Below the pieces are notes generated by a model. It did not search any database, was not told the DNA's origin, and saw only the letters and a program-made list of their open reading frames with translations. Shown here piece after piece: positions 1-13,585 of a stretch of 64,000 bases of DNA. The position numbers were made by a program, and so were the translations under genes. Source of the DNA: Azolla caroliniana (Eukaryota; Plantae; Polypodiophyta); contig JBHGNT010000017.1 of the NCBI GenBank assembly GCA_043228905.1, positions 1,860,001 through 1,924,000 on the forward strand. The letters run 5' to 3'. Position 1 is the first letter of the stretch. Each line of letters opens with the position of its first letter.

Positions 1-832
1 TTTTACGCATCCATAGAGATCGTCAACTATGCATCCCAACACCTTTTCTTTTTGTCAAACTCCCTTGTTTTTTGCACAACCCCGCAAGGAAAGGGAACCT
101 TCTACGATTCAAGCATCAGTTATCAAAAGTCTTTGTGCAAACTATCTCAAACGAGCTACAATTTGGAATGGTTCTTTCAACAAGCCTAATATAATAATCA
201 AACTATTTTTTAGTACTTGCTTTAAAACCTAGACTTACATTATAAAGCCACTAAACTTGAGCGATGAGCATTATGCCTTCCAATTTATGTTTTTAGTCAA
301 TAACCTCACTATCGTATCAATGGCCATCATATTTGTACATTTAATCACTCTATATAAAAAACCTTTCGAACATATTAAAACAATGTTTTCTTCCTATTGC
401 TTTACCAAACGTAACATCTTGTTAAATTACTTCGTCTAAGTGTTATAATCTATGTTTCCTTACATGGATGAAGACTTCGTATATAGTAGTGCAAGATTGA
501 ACATTGGATTCATGTGTGAGCCCATACACATTGAATCAATTTCATGCATTGATGTCGTGGGCTTCATTTAGTTGTCGAGTAGAAATAAGTAAAACATTGA
601 ACCAAATGTATCATTGAGATGCCAATTATAAGGATCATGTCTTGCCAGAGATTGAGCAAAATGACTTCGTAAAGTATCACATGCACATCTTGCATGCATA
701 ATTAAAGTAGCAAAAAAAACTCATTGATAATGCATACACACAATGTTAATGTAAGATATATATTTAAGCAAATATATTTTAGTATAGTATCTATAAAATA
801 GTTATCCAAAACTAGTACATGATGAAAAACAC

Positions 833-833
<1 letters not shown>

Positions 834-864
<31 letters not shown>
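834..864. repeat. (GA)n microsatellite
   Basis: Direct GA dinucleotide run. Confidence 0.95.
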
Positions 865-868
<4 letters not shown>

Positions 869-1092
869 ATGATCTAAACTAATGGTCCATAGTCAAACAA
901 TTACATAATTGCTTAAGTCATTTTTGTGGGTCGAATTGAATAAATGCATTACCCACAGTGTTGCCTTTTGACGGCCAACATTGCCTGTCATGAGAACGGT
1001 ATTCCAAAAATTTTGCCCGTCAAATTGACGGTTTACCAAAAAAAATGCCCTTCAAAAAGTAAATACATCGAATATTTGTACGAAACAATATA

Positions 1093-3321
1093 TTATACCC
1101 TTCTATCCTTTGCATCTTTCCAAATTTCATATACACGATCCCATTGTATCTCTTCAATGTGTGGCCCATTCAATGAGACTCGCATTAAATCATCTAAATG
1201 CTCTATATTCAATCGATTTCTTTTCATCTCTTTGATGAGATTTTGCTTAGAAAACCCTCTCTCACACGAAACTGTGCTAGACGGAATAACCAAAGTAGCT
1301 TGCCATAATTTCATCAAATGAGGGAAACTATCGTGCCAATCCTTCATTTTGCAAAACATACGCCAAGCTTCATGCATAGTATAGCCTTCACAATTTAAAC
1401 GTAAAGTGTCAACAAACCTATAGAGTTCCATTTCACAAGCCTTTGCATCATGTAAAATTTGAGGACATGCATTGACATCAAAATTCCCAACCATGTTTTT
1501 GCTTTACTATCCCTAATCACATCATCATCTGCATAATGGCATGGGCTGAATAATTTTGCTGCATTGAAGAGGCTTAAGTTAGGGAATCTTGCATTTAGTC
1601 CATCAATAACATTTTGCACATAATTTTGAGATAGTTTAATACAACTTTCAAGTGATCCATCTATAAATGGCCTCATTCCCTTAGATTTTGCAATATTGGG
1701 ATTTGTATCATTTTGACTTGCTTTATCCATAGGAATTTGTTTGAAGTATAGTTCATGCCTATATGTAACGCCATCTTTATCCTCTATTTCCAAAAACCCA
1801 ACTTTAGAGCATCTTAAGAACTTGGATAAATACATTGTTCCATCCGCAAATGTGTCATTTCTCAAGAAAGACCTTCGCAAATTAGAAATTGTAATATCAA
1901 TTTCTGCACCAATTGAAGTTACATCCAAATTCTCTTTTTGAAGTTTCAAGCTCAAGATATTCATCAAATGCAACACATCAGCCATCATACAAAAGCAAAA
2001 TTGCACACTATAGATACAAGCTTTATTATACCACTCGTTTTAGCTCTCTTTCTTCCAAATAGTAAGTATTGCAGGCATTATACTCACTAGTCTTTCCATG
2101 ACTTGACCACGCGACAACCAACGAATATTATGAATTTGTAATGGTCTATGAGCATCCAATTGCATTTGTTCCAAGAGCTCTAAAATTTCATGTGTCCTTT
2201 TGGTACTATTGTTAGCCCATGCATATACCTTATTTGCAATTTTTTCTACAAGAATGAGCACAAGGATATCTTTAGATACATCTGAAATAACCAATGCTTC
2301 TCTATGAGCAATACAATGTACACCAACCAAATGTGGGATATCATTTTTCATTAATGTTACTATTCCAATTTCACTACCAATCATTGATGACGCACCATCA
2401 GTTGCCAATCCAATCAACTTGTTCATGTTGAGGCATCGATCGCCTAATAGATGCTTAACATGTTCATATATAGTTCTACCTTTACCATTGGGAATTTTCA
2501 GCAAACCCATATATTCAGTTTGCTTAGGCCCACAACCACCACATTGCAAGTATGTAACATACATAATGAGATGCAACTCTAATCCATTGTCAGTACTTTC
2601 ATCTAGCATCAAAGAGTAGTATGGGGAATTTATTAGGTTTGAGCTTTGAACTTCTAGAAGATATTTTCCGAAGGCAACCAAAAATTCATATCCCCCATAT
2701 CTACTAGTATAAGATATATAATCATGTTGCTTAGGCATATTAGGCACCTCTAGTAGCACAGCCAAATCACATAATTCTTGGTATGTAGCAATAGACAAAT
2801 CTTTTTTTGCAATAAAGTACATGAGTTTCATTGTTGTTATGACCTTATTTTTGTTAATATCATCCAATTGTGATACATGCTTTGGGATGGACATTGCTTT
2901 CCCTTCAACATCACATATCCACTTTGATGCACATAATTTATGACCACTTGAGTTAACATGGGTCAAAATTGCATCAAGTTGCAAAGTAATGCATCCAGAA
3001 CCAAGACCCCAAGGCCCAGGACTAGCGTATTTCTCACACCATGCACATTTCATTAATGTTTTGTCTCCTTGCATAATGCATCTTATCCATGGGAATTTAT
3101 CCCTCCATGCTTCACGGAATTTTCTCTTAGGCTTTTCTTTAGTTATATTAGAGGAACAACTCTCTCGAGTTAAACTCTCTAAATCAGTCCCAAACATATC
3201 CATATCCTCATTTAAATCATTGTTTATATTTATGTCATTGGTATCGTTGGGTGGTTTCCATGCAAACATTGCACTAATGGTTCGTTGATTTTTTCTATTG
3301 GGATTTTCTATTGGGAGCCAT
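1093..3321 (-). pseudogene. hAT transposase (ZNF862-like) pseudogene
   Basis: ORFs 2040-3269, 1395-2006 and 1093-1494 contain a Zn-finger (CAWC..H..H), LMLDESTD, LATDG, HCIAH, RWLS and the C-terminal dimerisation motif STVSCERGFS. In-frame TAA at 2040-2042 and a frameshift near 1480-1495. A duplicated CCCAATAGAAAA appears to separate a likely start ATG at 3321 (MAPNRK...) from the main frame. Confidence 0.9.
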
Positions 3322-4092
3322 AATTATTCTGAACAAGAAGAAATGGGTCATGTAAGAAAGATCATGCCATCAGTTCAAAACAATCACTAGCATCATTAAA
3401 CCCATGCATATTAGTTCTGACCTATTGAGCAATGAGATTTTACATGAATATAATTCCCAAACTTTTGCCCTTAAAGAGGAGAGCAATACTAGTTTTGATG
3501 GACTAGTAAAAGAATTTGGTGGTATATCTAGTAAAAGCCATTGTAAATTTTCGTAGAGGGAAATATATAGGGTAAGTTGGACTTCGTCTAGATGCAGAAT
3601 GCCAACCTAGACACACCACAACATAATGTTACTACGTAGCATGTTTTTCCAATAAAACATGTACGAGACAATGATGCCATAAATGCAAGGATAAGTCCAA
3701 AGATTAATTGGTTTGGTATTTAACACTATACAATAAAGTTAGATATGCAAGCCATATCCTATAGAGTTTTTGCTTTGGTCCTAGAGGAGTTCGCGACATG
3801 TTAACATCAACTGGCAACATGAACTAACATGATGAAACATGATTTTATTATTATTAACTAGCCTCGCCGATGCATCCGCCACTCCATACACGATTCTATG
3901 TGCACATACGTATATGTGACACCTCAAAATATATGCATAGATATCTATCTATCAACCTAACCTACACTTAGATGATGATGTATGGACATACACATATACA
4001 TATATTATACAAGATGCATGTTGATGTATGTCTCGATGCATCAATGGGTGAGGACCTTGGCAATTTACTACTCCTCTGAGCTTCGATTGTAG

Positions 4093-4563
<471 letters not shown>

Positions 4564-5899
4564 GCTTCATATTTAGGGTTTGGACTTTCTATGATGGTGT
4601 AGGTTGCATGCATGAAATTAGAGTTTTTTGTGTCTAGTTTTTCTTGCGGACTAAATGTATCCTGTTAGTTTTTCTAAATATTCAATTACTAGTGTTCTTT
4701 GCATTCCAGAGAGAGAGAGAGAGAGAGAGAGAGCCACCTTAGATGGGTGAGTAGGACTGCTGTAGGTGTTGCTGAAAGCTTGAATCTATGAGTAGACTGT
4801 AGCAGGAAACGAGCAACAAGCTTCGAGTAGGGATAGTTATTAGTGAGCACTGAGTTGCGAGCTTCCAGCAAGGTGCAGGGCTTCGGGAGCAACAAAGAAA
4901 CAGGGGAAAAGGGGAGAAATGGGGGGAGATGGGGGAAAATGGGGGAAAGGGGGGGAAAGGGAAAGGAAGGTTTTAGATGGGGAAACGGGGCGGGGGAATT
5001 GGGAAGAAAAGATTCATAATTTAGAGTCTAGACTCTATTAGTTTTTTTACCTTTTCGTTACACACATATGTGAGTCTTTCAAATTCATACACTCCCAATG
5101 CAACTTGAACAATTTGTTCCTACTACCTAGGACTATAATACTATTGTATTGGTCTTAGTAAAATTTGACGGTATTAGGAAATTTTAAGCCTTCATTTTTA
5201 CGTTTTCATAAAACATATGCCCGTCAAGATTGACAGTTTCATTTTTAAATTAACCTTCATATACGGTTAAATTTGCCAAAAACGTTCAAAACGGCCGTCA
5301 AAAGGCAACACTGATTACCCATATGACTTACAACTTTGTATATATATATAATATATATATATTACATAATTATCGTAGTCAACTATCATGCCCCTAGGTG
5401 AGTTTCTCATCATGCATATGTGTATGGGAAGACAAAGGATTGGAGGGTAGTCATGCATCCTAAAGAAATGAAAGATATCTAGTAAAGACACAAGATTTAC
5501 CCTTCAAACTAGAGGCTTTTACAAAACAAGCAAAGTTACAATCTCCGAACTTTTGTAAAGGACGAAGCAATACCACCAATTGTAACATCTTTTGTGACAG
5601 CATGACACATGTGTCCAAATCAATACATTTTAATCCCAAACAAGAATCAAATCATCTAGAAAATTTAACCAAATATTCAAGGATGGTTAAAACAAATTGC
5701 ACACATTGATTAAGCACCTAACAAAGCATCTTTTAAACCACAATACACATTTTTTCACCAATGCTTACACTCATGAGGTTACAATGAATTGTGTAACTTT
5801 GCCATGTGAAGTCAAGAAAATTATGTTCATGAAGATCCAAACAAAAGATAAACCATGCACTATGTACAATAATGATCCTTATAGCTCCGTCAAATCATA

Positions 5900-6920
5900 G
5901 ATGGAATGAATTTGCCACCCACTGGTTAAAGGTCAATTGCATTTGAGGACACATGTAATCATGACAAATTTAAGTGTTGGGTCCTCGAGAAATGCCCGTT
6001 TCGCACTTTAATGACACCTATGCTTCTAAATGGGGTGAACCGTGAAAATATGGAGGTGACATGTGCAAGTCCACTTGGACAAAGTTTGAGAATGTCCAAA
6101 AGGATTTTCTTTCAAAGTTTCTACAAGTCAAGAAACAAACACCACACACTCTCCTACTTCCTAAGAAGGGATCACACTTCCCAATGAGATCAAGGTCATG
6201 GAAAGGGTCAAAAAAGCCCCTCACGTCGACTTCCTAGAATTGCATGGGAAGCAAACAAAAAGATCCGAAAACACATACAAGCAAATTTTTATGTTTTGGT
6301 TAGATACAATATATAGAAAGTGGTTTGGAAAATGTGATGCAATATACTTGCTTCATGATGCATCATTAGATTCTTTTGTAAATGAGGCCTTTTTGCAATG
6401 CCAATGTATCATGACATGGGAAAAATGTGGAGGCTCATGCTTCACACATTATATTGCATATATTGCACCTAGCTTCAAAACCATATTCTTCACCAAATGG
6501 GAAATTCCACACGTCAATACATGTTAGAGCCCATTCCAGCGGTTGCCATATGAAACATTGCACCAATCCACTTAGCTCACATGCATTGCCATGTAAGGAG
6601 GGGCATTGGGGCATAAGTGATGAGAGTTGTCGATTCTGCACACTTTGCTTGAATAAAATTTGGAAGTCTGAGTATCACACTTTGATACAATGCTCTACCT
6701 TTGACCATATTTGACTATGCTTTCCACACATATTCGACTAAACCCAATCATGATTTTCCTCATAGTTATAATGTGCACTCTCAATTGCAACATTCATTGG
6801 TAAAGTTCTTGAACACCAAGAGTCACAACTCACGTTCACATGTATTATGAGAAATGTAATATTTTTGGTTGCGTAGGTTATATTTGACCTCTGAAGACAA
6901 CAATAAAACCAACCTATGAA
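5900..6920 (+). mobile_element. Degraded non-LTR (RTE/LINE-like) retrotransposon 3' remnant
   Basis: Fragments read LSSHALPCKEGHWG...CRFCTLC...SEYHTLIQC, matching the SSHxL.IETGRW..C..C...E.E.H.L..C C-terminal motif of RTE-type ORFs. AATAAA near 6902. Boundaries approximate. Confidence 0.55.
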
Positions 6921-8382
6921 TCTCTCTTTCTGCAAATTTATAGAAAGTCCCAATTATCCTTATGTCGAAGTAAACCCTACAAGGTGTTGCAATACTGAGT
7001 AACATTTAGGCAAATCCTCTAGGGACAAGGTTCCCAAAGAGTTGCAAAAATTGCCAAACTAAAATTTCTTTCTACTTATGGACATGGTGTTGTACCCAAA
7101 TTTCTGCCCACCCTTTGACATTCTGGTTTGGTTGGACGTGCCTATAAAGCATGATGTAGATGTTTGATGCCGAAGAGGAATAATGCCACGTTTTTGGACC
7201 AACGTATCAAGCTTCAACCTACCTTGTGTCCAATACTAATCTCCGATCACATCACACACCCAAAAAGGTTTATTTGATGTCTGACACCATGCATTGCACA
7301 ACACCTTGATAAGTTTGCAATCAATGAGAGAAATGTCATATGCCATCACATGTCTTACTATGAATTATTACTTAAATGGAAGAATGGTTCCACAAGGAAG
7401 TGAACTTGAAGGATCAACCCATAGTTGAGTCCCAAACAAGTTTTATCATGGGCATGGTTAACTAGAACACTGAGAATTAAAAGGGTTGCATGTCACGTCC
7501 TTTATGATGCATGCATAATGGTCATAATAGCATGTTAGCACAAGACGGCCTAGCGATACTATCAATTGCACACGAAGTAGTAAGTAATACTTTGGACCTC
7601 TTACGTTAGGTTGTGATGCACTTAGTTATGGTGTGGGACGTCGATGAATGGAATCGAGGTCTCAATTCGTGTGTTGTTGCCTCTGAGGTTTGGGGGAGAA
7701 CATGTATTTGCTCTATTGATGGAAGGTGAGCTAGATGTTCGCCTTTACTTTGCATGCACTTGTACTGTTTGGGATAGACATACTTTCTATTAATTAAGAT
7801 GGAGGATAATGCACAACATGTTAAAGGGATGTTCAAAAAGTTGAGCACAATGTTGTGATTAAGTATGACCAAATAGATGGGCAAATTTCACATATACATG
7901 CTTCCTCGACACTAAGATGCTCAACATTTGATATTTGAATACAAAACAAACCAAGAATGTGATTGTGAACTTTCTCTATTAGTTGGAATAAGGGTGAAGC
8001 TAAAGAAGAGGAGGTAGGAAACTTACTCGACACCAAGATGCTCAACATTTGATACGAGACAAACATGGGTCACTACTCTCTGAGTCCCTTGCTAGCCAAT
8101 GATTGTCGAGAACTTAGCACAAGGATAAGGGGAAACAATTTGGGGTTATTTAGGCGTACAGATACGTGCACATGGATTTGAAATGAACTAAGTTGGGGAA
8201 GCATTGCCGAAGTAGGGCGACATTGAGCTTTGTAATGTGGATTATGGAACGAGGTCATAGGTGCACGAGAAGCGACTAAGCTTTCGTGAAACTTATTATA
8301 TGGTTTCGTTAATTGGTGTGTGAAGCGAAAAGCTTAACGTATTTAGTACAGTTATGGGAGAGAGTGAGCAGCAGAGGGAGAT

Positions 8383-8420
8383 ATCCCACATACGGAATCC
8401 TGCTCACGCTCAGCCTATAA
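8383..8420 (+). promoter_or_regulatory. snRNA promoter of U2 copy 1: USE ATCCCACATAC (8383-8393) + TATAA (8416-8420)
   Basis: Matches the plant USE consensus RTCCCACATCG at -66, with TATA at -33. Confidence 0.85.
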
Positions 8421-8448
8421 GTATGGAAGTAGAAGCACAGAAAGAAGC

Positions 8449-8652
8449 ATACCTTTCTCGGCCTTTTGGCTAAGATCAAGTGTAGTATCTGTTCTTATCA
8501 GTTTAATATCTGATACGTGGCCTATAAGGCCACATGATATTAACCTAATTTCTTTCATGGGGGCAGTACCCGTTCGAGGCAGCTTGCTGTCTCTGGGAGC
8601 TGCGTGCGTCGCCTTGGTATTGTACTGACGCCGAGGTCATACAGGCGCGCCC
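8449..8652 (+). ncRNA. U2: U2 spliceosomal snRNA (variant Sm site)
   Basis: ATACCTTTCTCGGCCTTTTGGCTAAGATCAAGTGTAGTATCTGTTCTTATCAGTTTAATATCTGATA is the conserved plant U2 5' end with the GUAGUA branch-pairing motif. Stem-loops III and IV are recognisable. 3' end approximate. Confidence 0.95.
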
Positions 8653-9520
8653 CCTCACCACAATCGCCCGAAATGTCCTTTCTGTAAGGATAAATGAATA
8701 ATGCGAGGGAGTCTCCTAATTCCCTCTGTATGATAAGCTAATTGAACCTTCCTGGTCGTTAGGGGTATCGAATGATGAATGTGGGCGGGATATATGTATC
8801 CGTGTGGAAGCCACTCATGGGAAAGTAAAATTACTGAGGCGCGGTATCCGAGCAGGCACCGGTTAATGACGGACATAGACATGGAAAATACGGTGTTTTG
8901 CTGGGAAGGGCCCATAATAGATATATATATACATAGATCTGACCAAATCCGTCGTATTCACAAGGCAAAGACTTGACAACGGGACGCTCTCTATTCTCTG
9001 ATTGGGGCCACGAAGGCGGACCTGAACTTAAACAAGCAATGGGTAATACCCAGTGTAGTGGCAGGCCTAACTGGTAGATAACTGCCCGTTTGCCTACATT
9101 CTCTTTACACCTATTGGTTGGGGTATGTATACCCGTGATTTTCCGCACCAGTATCATGGTAAGAATTTGGCGGCATCTAGCATGTCCAGGAGTGTATAGG
9201 CATGTTATGTGATGCTTCCTACCCGACTGATCAATAGATATATTTATGCCTCCATATCCAATCCATGATTCTCTCTCTACTATATATATATATTTGCCTC
9301 CACTCTTTACTCCATGTCCCCCGATCGTTTATTTATCTCTTCTGTATTTTACATATACCCAGCTGTGCTATTTACATCACATCACATACATCTTCGGTTA
9401 TTTACATCACAAACCTGAATTATATATACTTTTATGTCACTTACACATATTACGTAGTCCACAAATACAACATCCAATTTTTGATATGACATTCAGAGTT
9501 TGATTTGATTTGATTGAGAA

Positions 9521-9683
9521 AAGGGCCGCGCGAACGCGAGCCCCCGCTGCCACAAATTATGACGTGCACTCTCCCACATTGGGGAGATGCTAGGGCAAAC
9601 AGCCCCTCCGGCAGTGCAATGGAGGCGCCGGCCCTAAGCCATCGGCCTTGCTGATCACCGATAGACCCCGCCCAGGTAAGTAT
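9521..9683 (-). ncRNA. U1: U1 spliceosomal snRNA
   Basis: Minus strand reads ATACTTACCTGGGCGGGGTC..GATCAGCAAG (SL I)..ATTGCACT (SL II, U1A loop)..ATAATTTGTGG (Sm site)..GCGTTCGCGC (SL IV UUCG). Confidence 0.96.
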
Positions 9684-9707
9684 GTTCTGCTGTTGTTCAA
9701 ACCACTC

Positions 9708-9748
9708 TATTTATACCTCCCTTCCTCCCCGTCCTCTCTATGTGGGAC
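9708..9748 (-). promoter_or_regulatory. snRNA promoter of U1: USE GTCCCACATAG (9748-9738) + TATAAATA (9715-9708)
   Basis: Near-consensus USE at -65 and TATA at -32 on the minus strand. Confidence 0.9.
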
Positions 9749-11280
9749 AAACAGACACACACACACACTCCACACTTTTCCATTTCTGCTCTTATTTGTA
9801 TCTATCTTCATTTGCCGTGACAGACTCAACACTACTACTAGTACTACTTTTACTAACCATTCCATGTTGTTTCTCTCCTTGCACCATGACTTGATACCTC
9901 CTACACCACCACTATTGTATACAACATGAACGAGTTCCAATTTCAAAAATCTGACAATTTGGATCCACGCCTTGGATTGATTATTAGCATTTGTGCACTT
10001 ATATGGATGAACTCTTCATTCAAGAAATCATATGGTTTCGTACTTCCCTTATTTTGACCCTTGACAAATTGTCCAATGTTGGATGCAACATTTGAGGCAT
10101 GTGGAATACTGTCAATCCCAATTTGTAGAGGAATAGCATCCACTGGATTGTTGCACAACCATGTATTATAATGGGATGTAGTCAAGGTGGAATAATGACG
10201 TTCGCTCCTAATAAGTGGTACTAGAATTGTTGCCATTGTCATATGCTGATACGCGTGTGTGGGGAATATAGTGTGCAATTTCTTGCTTGAAAACATCATA
10301 TGCCGATATGAGTGTGTGGGAATGTAGTGGTAGACATGGGAGAGTTCATGCTAATGAAGATACAAAGCTTTTCGAGCAAACAGGAGCTGATTTCTCTGCT
10401 ACAACTGCTTATAACCCAATAGTCATTTGTGGCACATACAAGTGGACGTGCATGTCTCGAGGGTGGATAATGCATGACATGCTTTCTATTAAGATGGAGG
10501 ATAATGCACGACATGTAAAACGGATGTTCAAAAAGTCGAGCACAACGTTGTCATCTAGTATGAGCACACGAATGGGCAAGTTTTACATGTACATGTGCAT
10601 CTAGAATACATGCTTCCCTCGACACCACGATGCTCAACATTCGATAAACGAACACAAAACAATAACGCGCAAAATCTTCCTCATGAAAGTACAATATTGT
10701 ATGTAAACTCTTATTGTTGAAATGACTATGAATTTCATAGAGACGTTCCTGCTTTCTAGAGTTGATGAAAGTTTTCCTTCACATAGGAGCAATAATTTAG
10801 AGTCCCAAATTTCTTCTATAAAAACTATAATACGACTTATTTAAACTTGTAAATTTGTAATTCACCGGGGGATTAGGTGATGAATGTGGACGAATATATG
10901 AGTGGAAGCCAACACATGGGAAAGTAGAATTATTGAGGCGAGGGATCTTAGCAGGAACATATTACGTTGGAGGTGATGTACACATGGAAAATACCGTATA
11001 TAGATACAAAGATAGATCTCTATACCGTATGCTCGGGTTGGGCAACTAATGTGGACCCAACATGCAAGTGTAAATAATGCACGACTTGACCAAGCAATGG
11101 GTGTAGGGTTGTAGATAATTGCCCGTTTGCCTAGGTGCCCATATACACACATTGGTTGTGGTATATATACCCACGATTCTCATTGTAGGAATTTGGCCGC
11201 ATCTAGCTTGTCGAGGGAATGATCATGGGTGTATGTATAGATACGCCACGTGATGCCTCCTACCCAACCGACCTATATAA

Positions 11281-12220
11281 TATTAGAAATATGGGGCTGA
11301 ATCAGGATGATTTAGACTTCCAACACAATTAACAATAGATGAAACCACAAGACGAAAATGAGAGTACACCAAAATGTTTAACATGGAAAACTCAAAATAG
11401 AGAAAAACCACGGGAACCGTAGGTTCCGAACAACTTCATTATGTTTTGAGTACAACTAAATACGACCTCACTAGAGGAATGTATCTACCTCAAGGCAATG
11501 GCCTTGGTTACAAACTTCACCCGATTGGTTGCATAGAATAACAAAGATATCAATTGAGTATAGTCTCTCTAGGTTTGAACTAGCCTCAAGGCAACACAAC
11601 CTTGTCTACAATCTTCACCCAATCGGGTGGATACAACAACAATAAGCATTGGAAATGTGCTAGCCTCAAGGCGATAGCCTTGGCTACAATCTTCACCCGA
11701 TTGGGTGGATAAACAAACAAGCAATAACCCAAATTATAATTCCTCACCCAACTAGGTGGATGGAAAAACTAAGGAAAAACGGAAACAAGAAAAAAAAAAC
11801 ACGAAACGAAGAAACCTGATACAAGTAGACAGGATATGTATTGTTCAATCATGGTTCTCTGATAGCACGAACAACCCCTCGTAGGTCTCTGTCTCTACCT
11901 TGGTAGTCCACTCTTCCTCTTGCTCACTCTTTCGTTTTTGTTTTTCTCTCTCTATTTTTTTGTTTTTTTGCTCTCTATTTTTTTGTTTTGCCCTATGTTC
12001 TCATAAAATCAGCACCCTCTTTGTTTCCTCTTTCTCCTTTTTATGTTTTTCTCCTTGTAATCCAACATCTATATACCTGTGTTCGTACACACACACAAAA
12101 GACATATAAAAGGAAAAAGGGCATACATATATAAATATATAACTATGATTGTAAGTAATTATAACTTATCTCCTTCGACTCCATGTTGTGGGCTCCACTT
12201 GAGTGGACAAAGCCCCAATA
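11281..12220 (-). mobile_element. Solo LTR (Copia-like) with decayed termini
   Basis: 5-bp TSD TATAA (11276-11280, 12221-12225). Termini TATT..AATA (decayed TGTT..AACA). The insertion is absent at the paralogous site near 62405. Related to the solo LTR at 60881-61812. Confidence 0.85.
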
Positions 12221-12248
12221 TATAATGTGTCTATATACAATCCATGAT

Positions 12249-12249
<1 letters not shown>

Positions 12250-12307
<58 letters not shown>
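12250..12307. repeat. Compound (CT)n(AT)n microsatellite (paralog at about 62433-62500)
   Basis: Direct sequence. Confidence 0.9.
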
Positions 12308-12310
<3 letters not shown>

Positions 12311-13445
12311 TATGCTTCTCCATGTCCCTATCGTTTCTCTCTTCTGTATACATCCATAAATCCTCTACCCCATCCGTTTGTTATTCACATCACATCTATA
12401 TCTACTCCTGTTACACCCATGTTTACCTTTGCCACACCACACGTGTACATTCCCACACCCTGCCAAGGAAGCCATAAAAGAACAACGACCTAACATTATG
12501 CCAAGGAAAGGACATGATGTTTGATTATCTAGACAAATGGTAAGTTCATTTCGTCCGATCTGGTATTTCAACGATCAACGTATGACATAAAGGTAATATT
12601 CAGTAGTGGCTAATATGGTTAAGATTTCTCAATCTATTCGTCTCCTTCGTCTCTTGTTTCTTTGCTCATCATTAGTTTGATCTATAATATTTGATATAAA
12701 TATATTAGTAAGTCCGTTTGTATGTATGTATGCAAATGAATAGTTGTATTTGTATGGACGCATGTGTGTGTTGAACGAATGGTTGTATGAATGAATGGAT
12801 GTATACATGTATGAATGTGTATCAATGGTTGTTTGAATGAGCATGCATGTATAGTTGTATTATGTATAAATGTATGTATGAATATGATTGAATGGATGTG
12901 TGAATAATTAACTTATGTGTCTAGCCCTAAATCCTAAATAACTACATATGTGTAGCTTGTGGCATTGGGAAACATGGAGTGCTCAAGTTAAGAACCTGTG
13001 CTCAGTTTATACTATGGCATGATGCTTTCCAACATGTAAAATCATTAAATTTTAGCAAGTGTCAATAAGCGATGCATGTTCTATGTGTCGTTTAGCAAAG
13101 CCTTTTAGGAAAACACGACATATCGCTACGTGACTTGGTTGTTGTAGTGAATTATTGAGAGTTTCAACAAGTGCTTGGCAATTCATATTATATGACATTC
13201 ACAATTATTGTATTCTAGATTGTCAATTTATCAAGATGGAAGTTAGACCATGAAACTTGAGCAAACCTTTTATTAGGTTGTTATATCAAGGCTCATTTTA
13301 GTTTTACAACCATATTGAATGGATGCAATATAAAATATACGTTAAACATTAGCGAGAAACATGTCAAAGTAATGGTCCTTTGGAATAGAAATTTGTTACC
13401 TAGCACATGAAAGAGAGACAAAGTGATAAGAGGAGCATTTGCACT

Positions 13446-13585
13446 AGGGATCGGCAACAATCTAGTTTCGGCTTAACCCTTTTGTCCTTGGTTTGGACAA
13501 GGCTAAACTGGTTAAGCCTTAATTGGTTTCGAAGTTTTCAAACTGAAATGAACTAGTCCCTAAACCGTTGAAGCCTTAAACTACT
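13446..13585 (+). mobile_element. End of a hAT-type MITE (fragment)
   Basis: TAGGGATCGGCAAC terminus plus AAACCG/GGTTT subterminal motifs, similar to the element starting at 63442. The other end was not found. Confidence 0.45.

Larger units (their letters stand above)
7090..12975 (+). repeat. Segmental duplication block, copy 1 (U2-containing; paralog at about 58620-63440)
   Basis: Collinear matching segments, e.g. GATGYCGAAGAGGAATAATGCCA (7166/58696), U2 gene and promoter, GGAGCAATAATTTAGAGTCCC (10787/61922), CTGCCAAGGAAGCCATAAAAGAA (12460/62674). Confidence 0.85.

Noticed and set aside
1-700. Short ORFs 29-232 and 257-439
   Set aside because: No recognisable motif on either strand. AT-rich and probably decayed repeat DNA.
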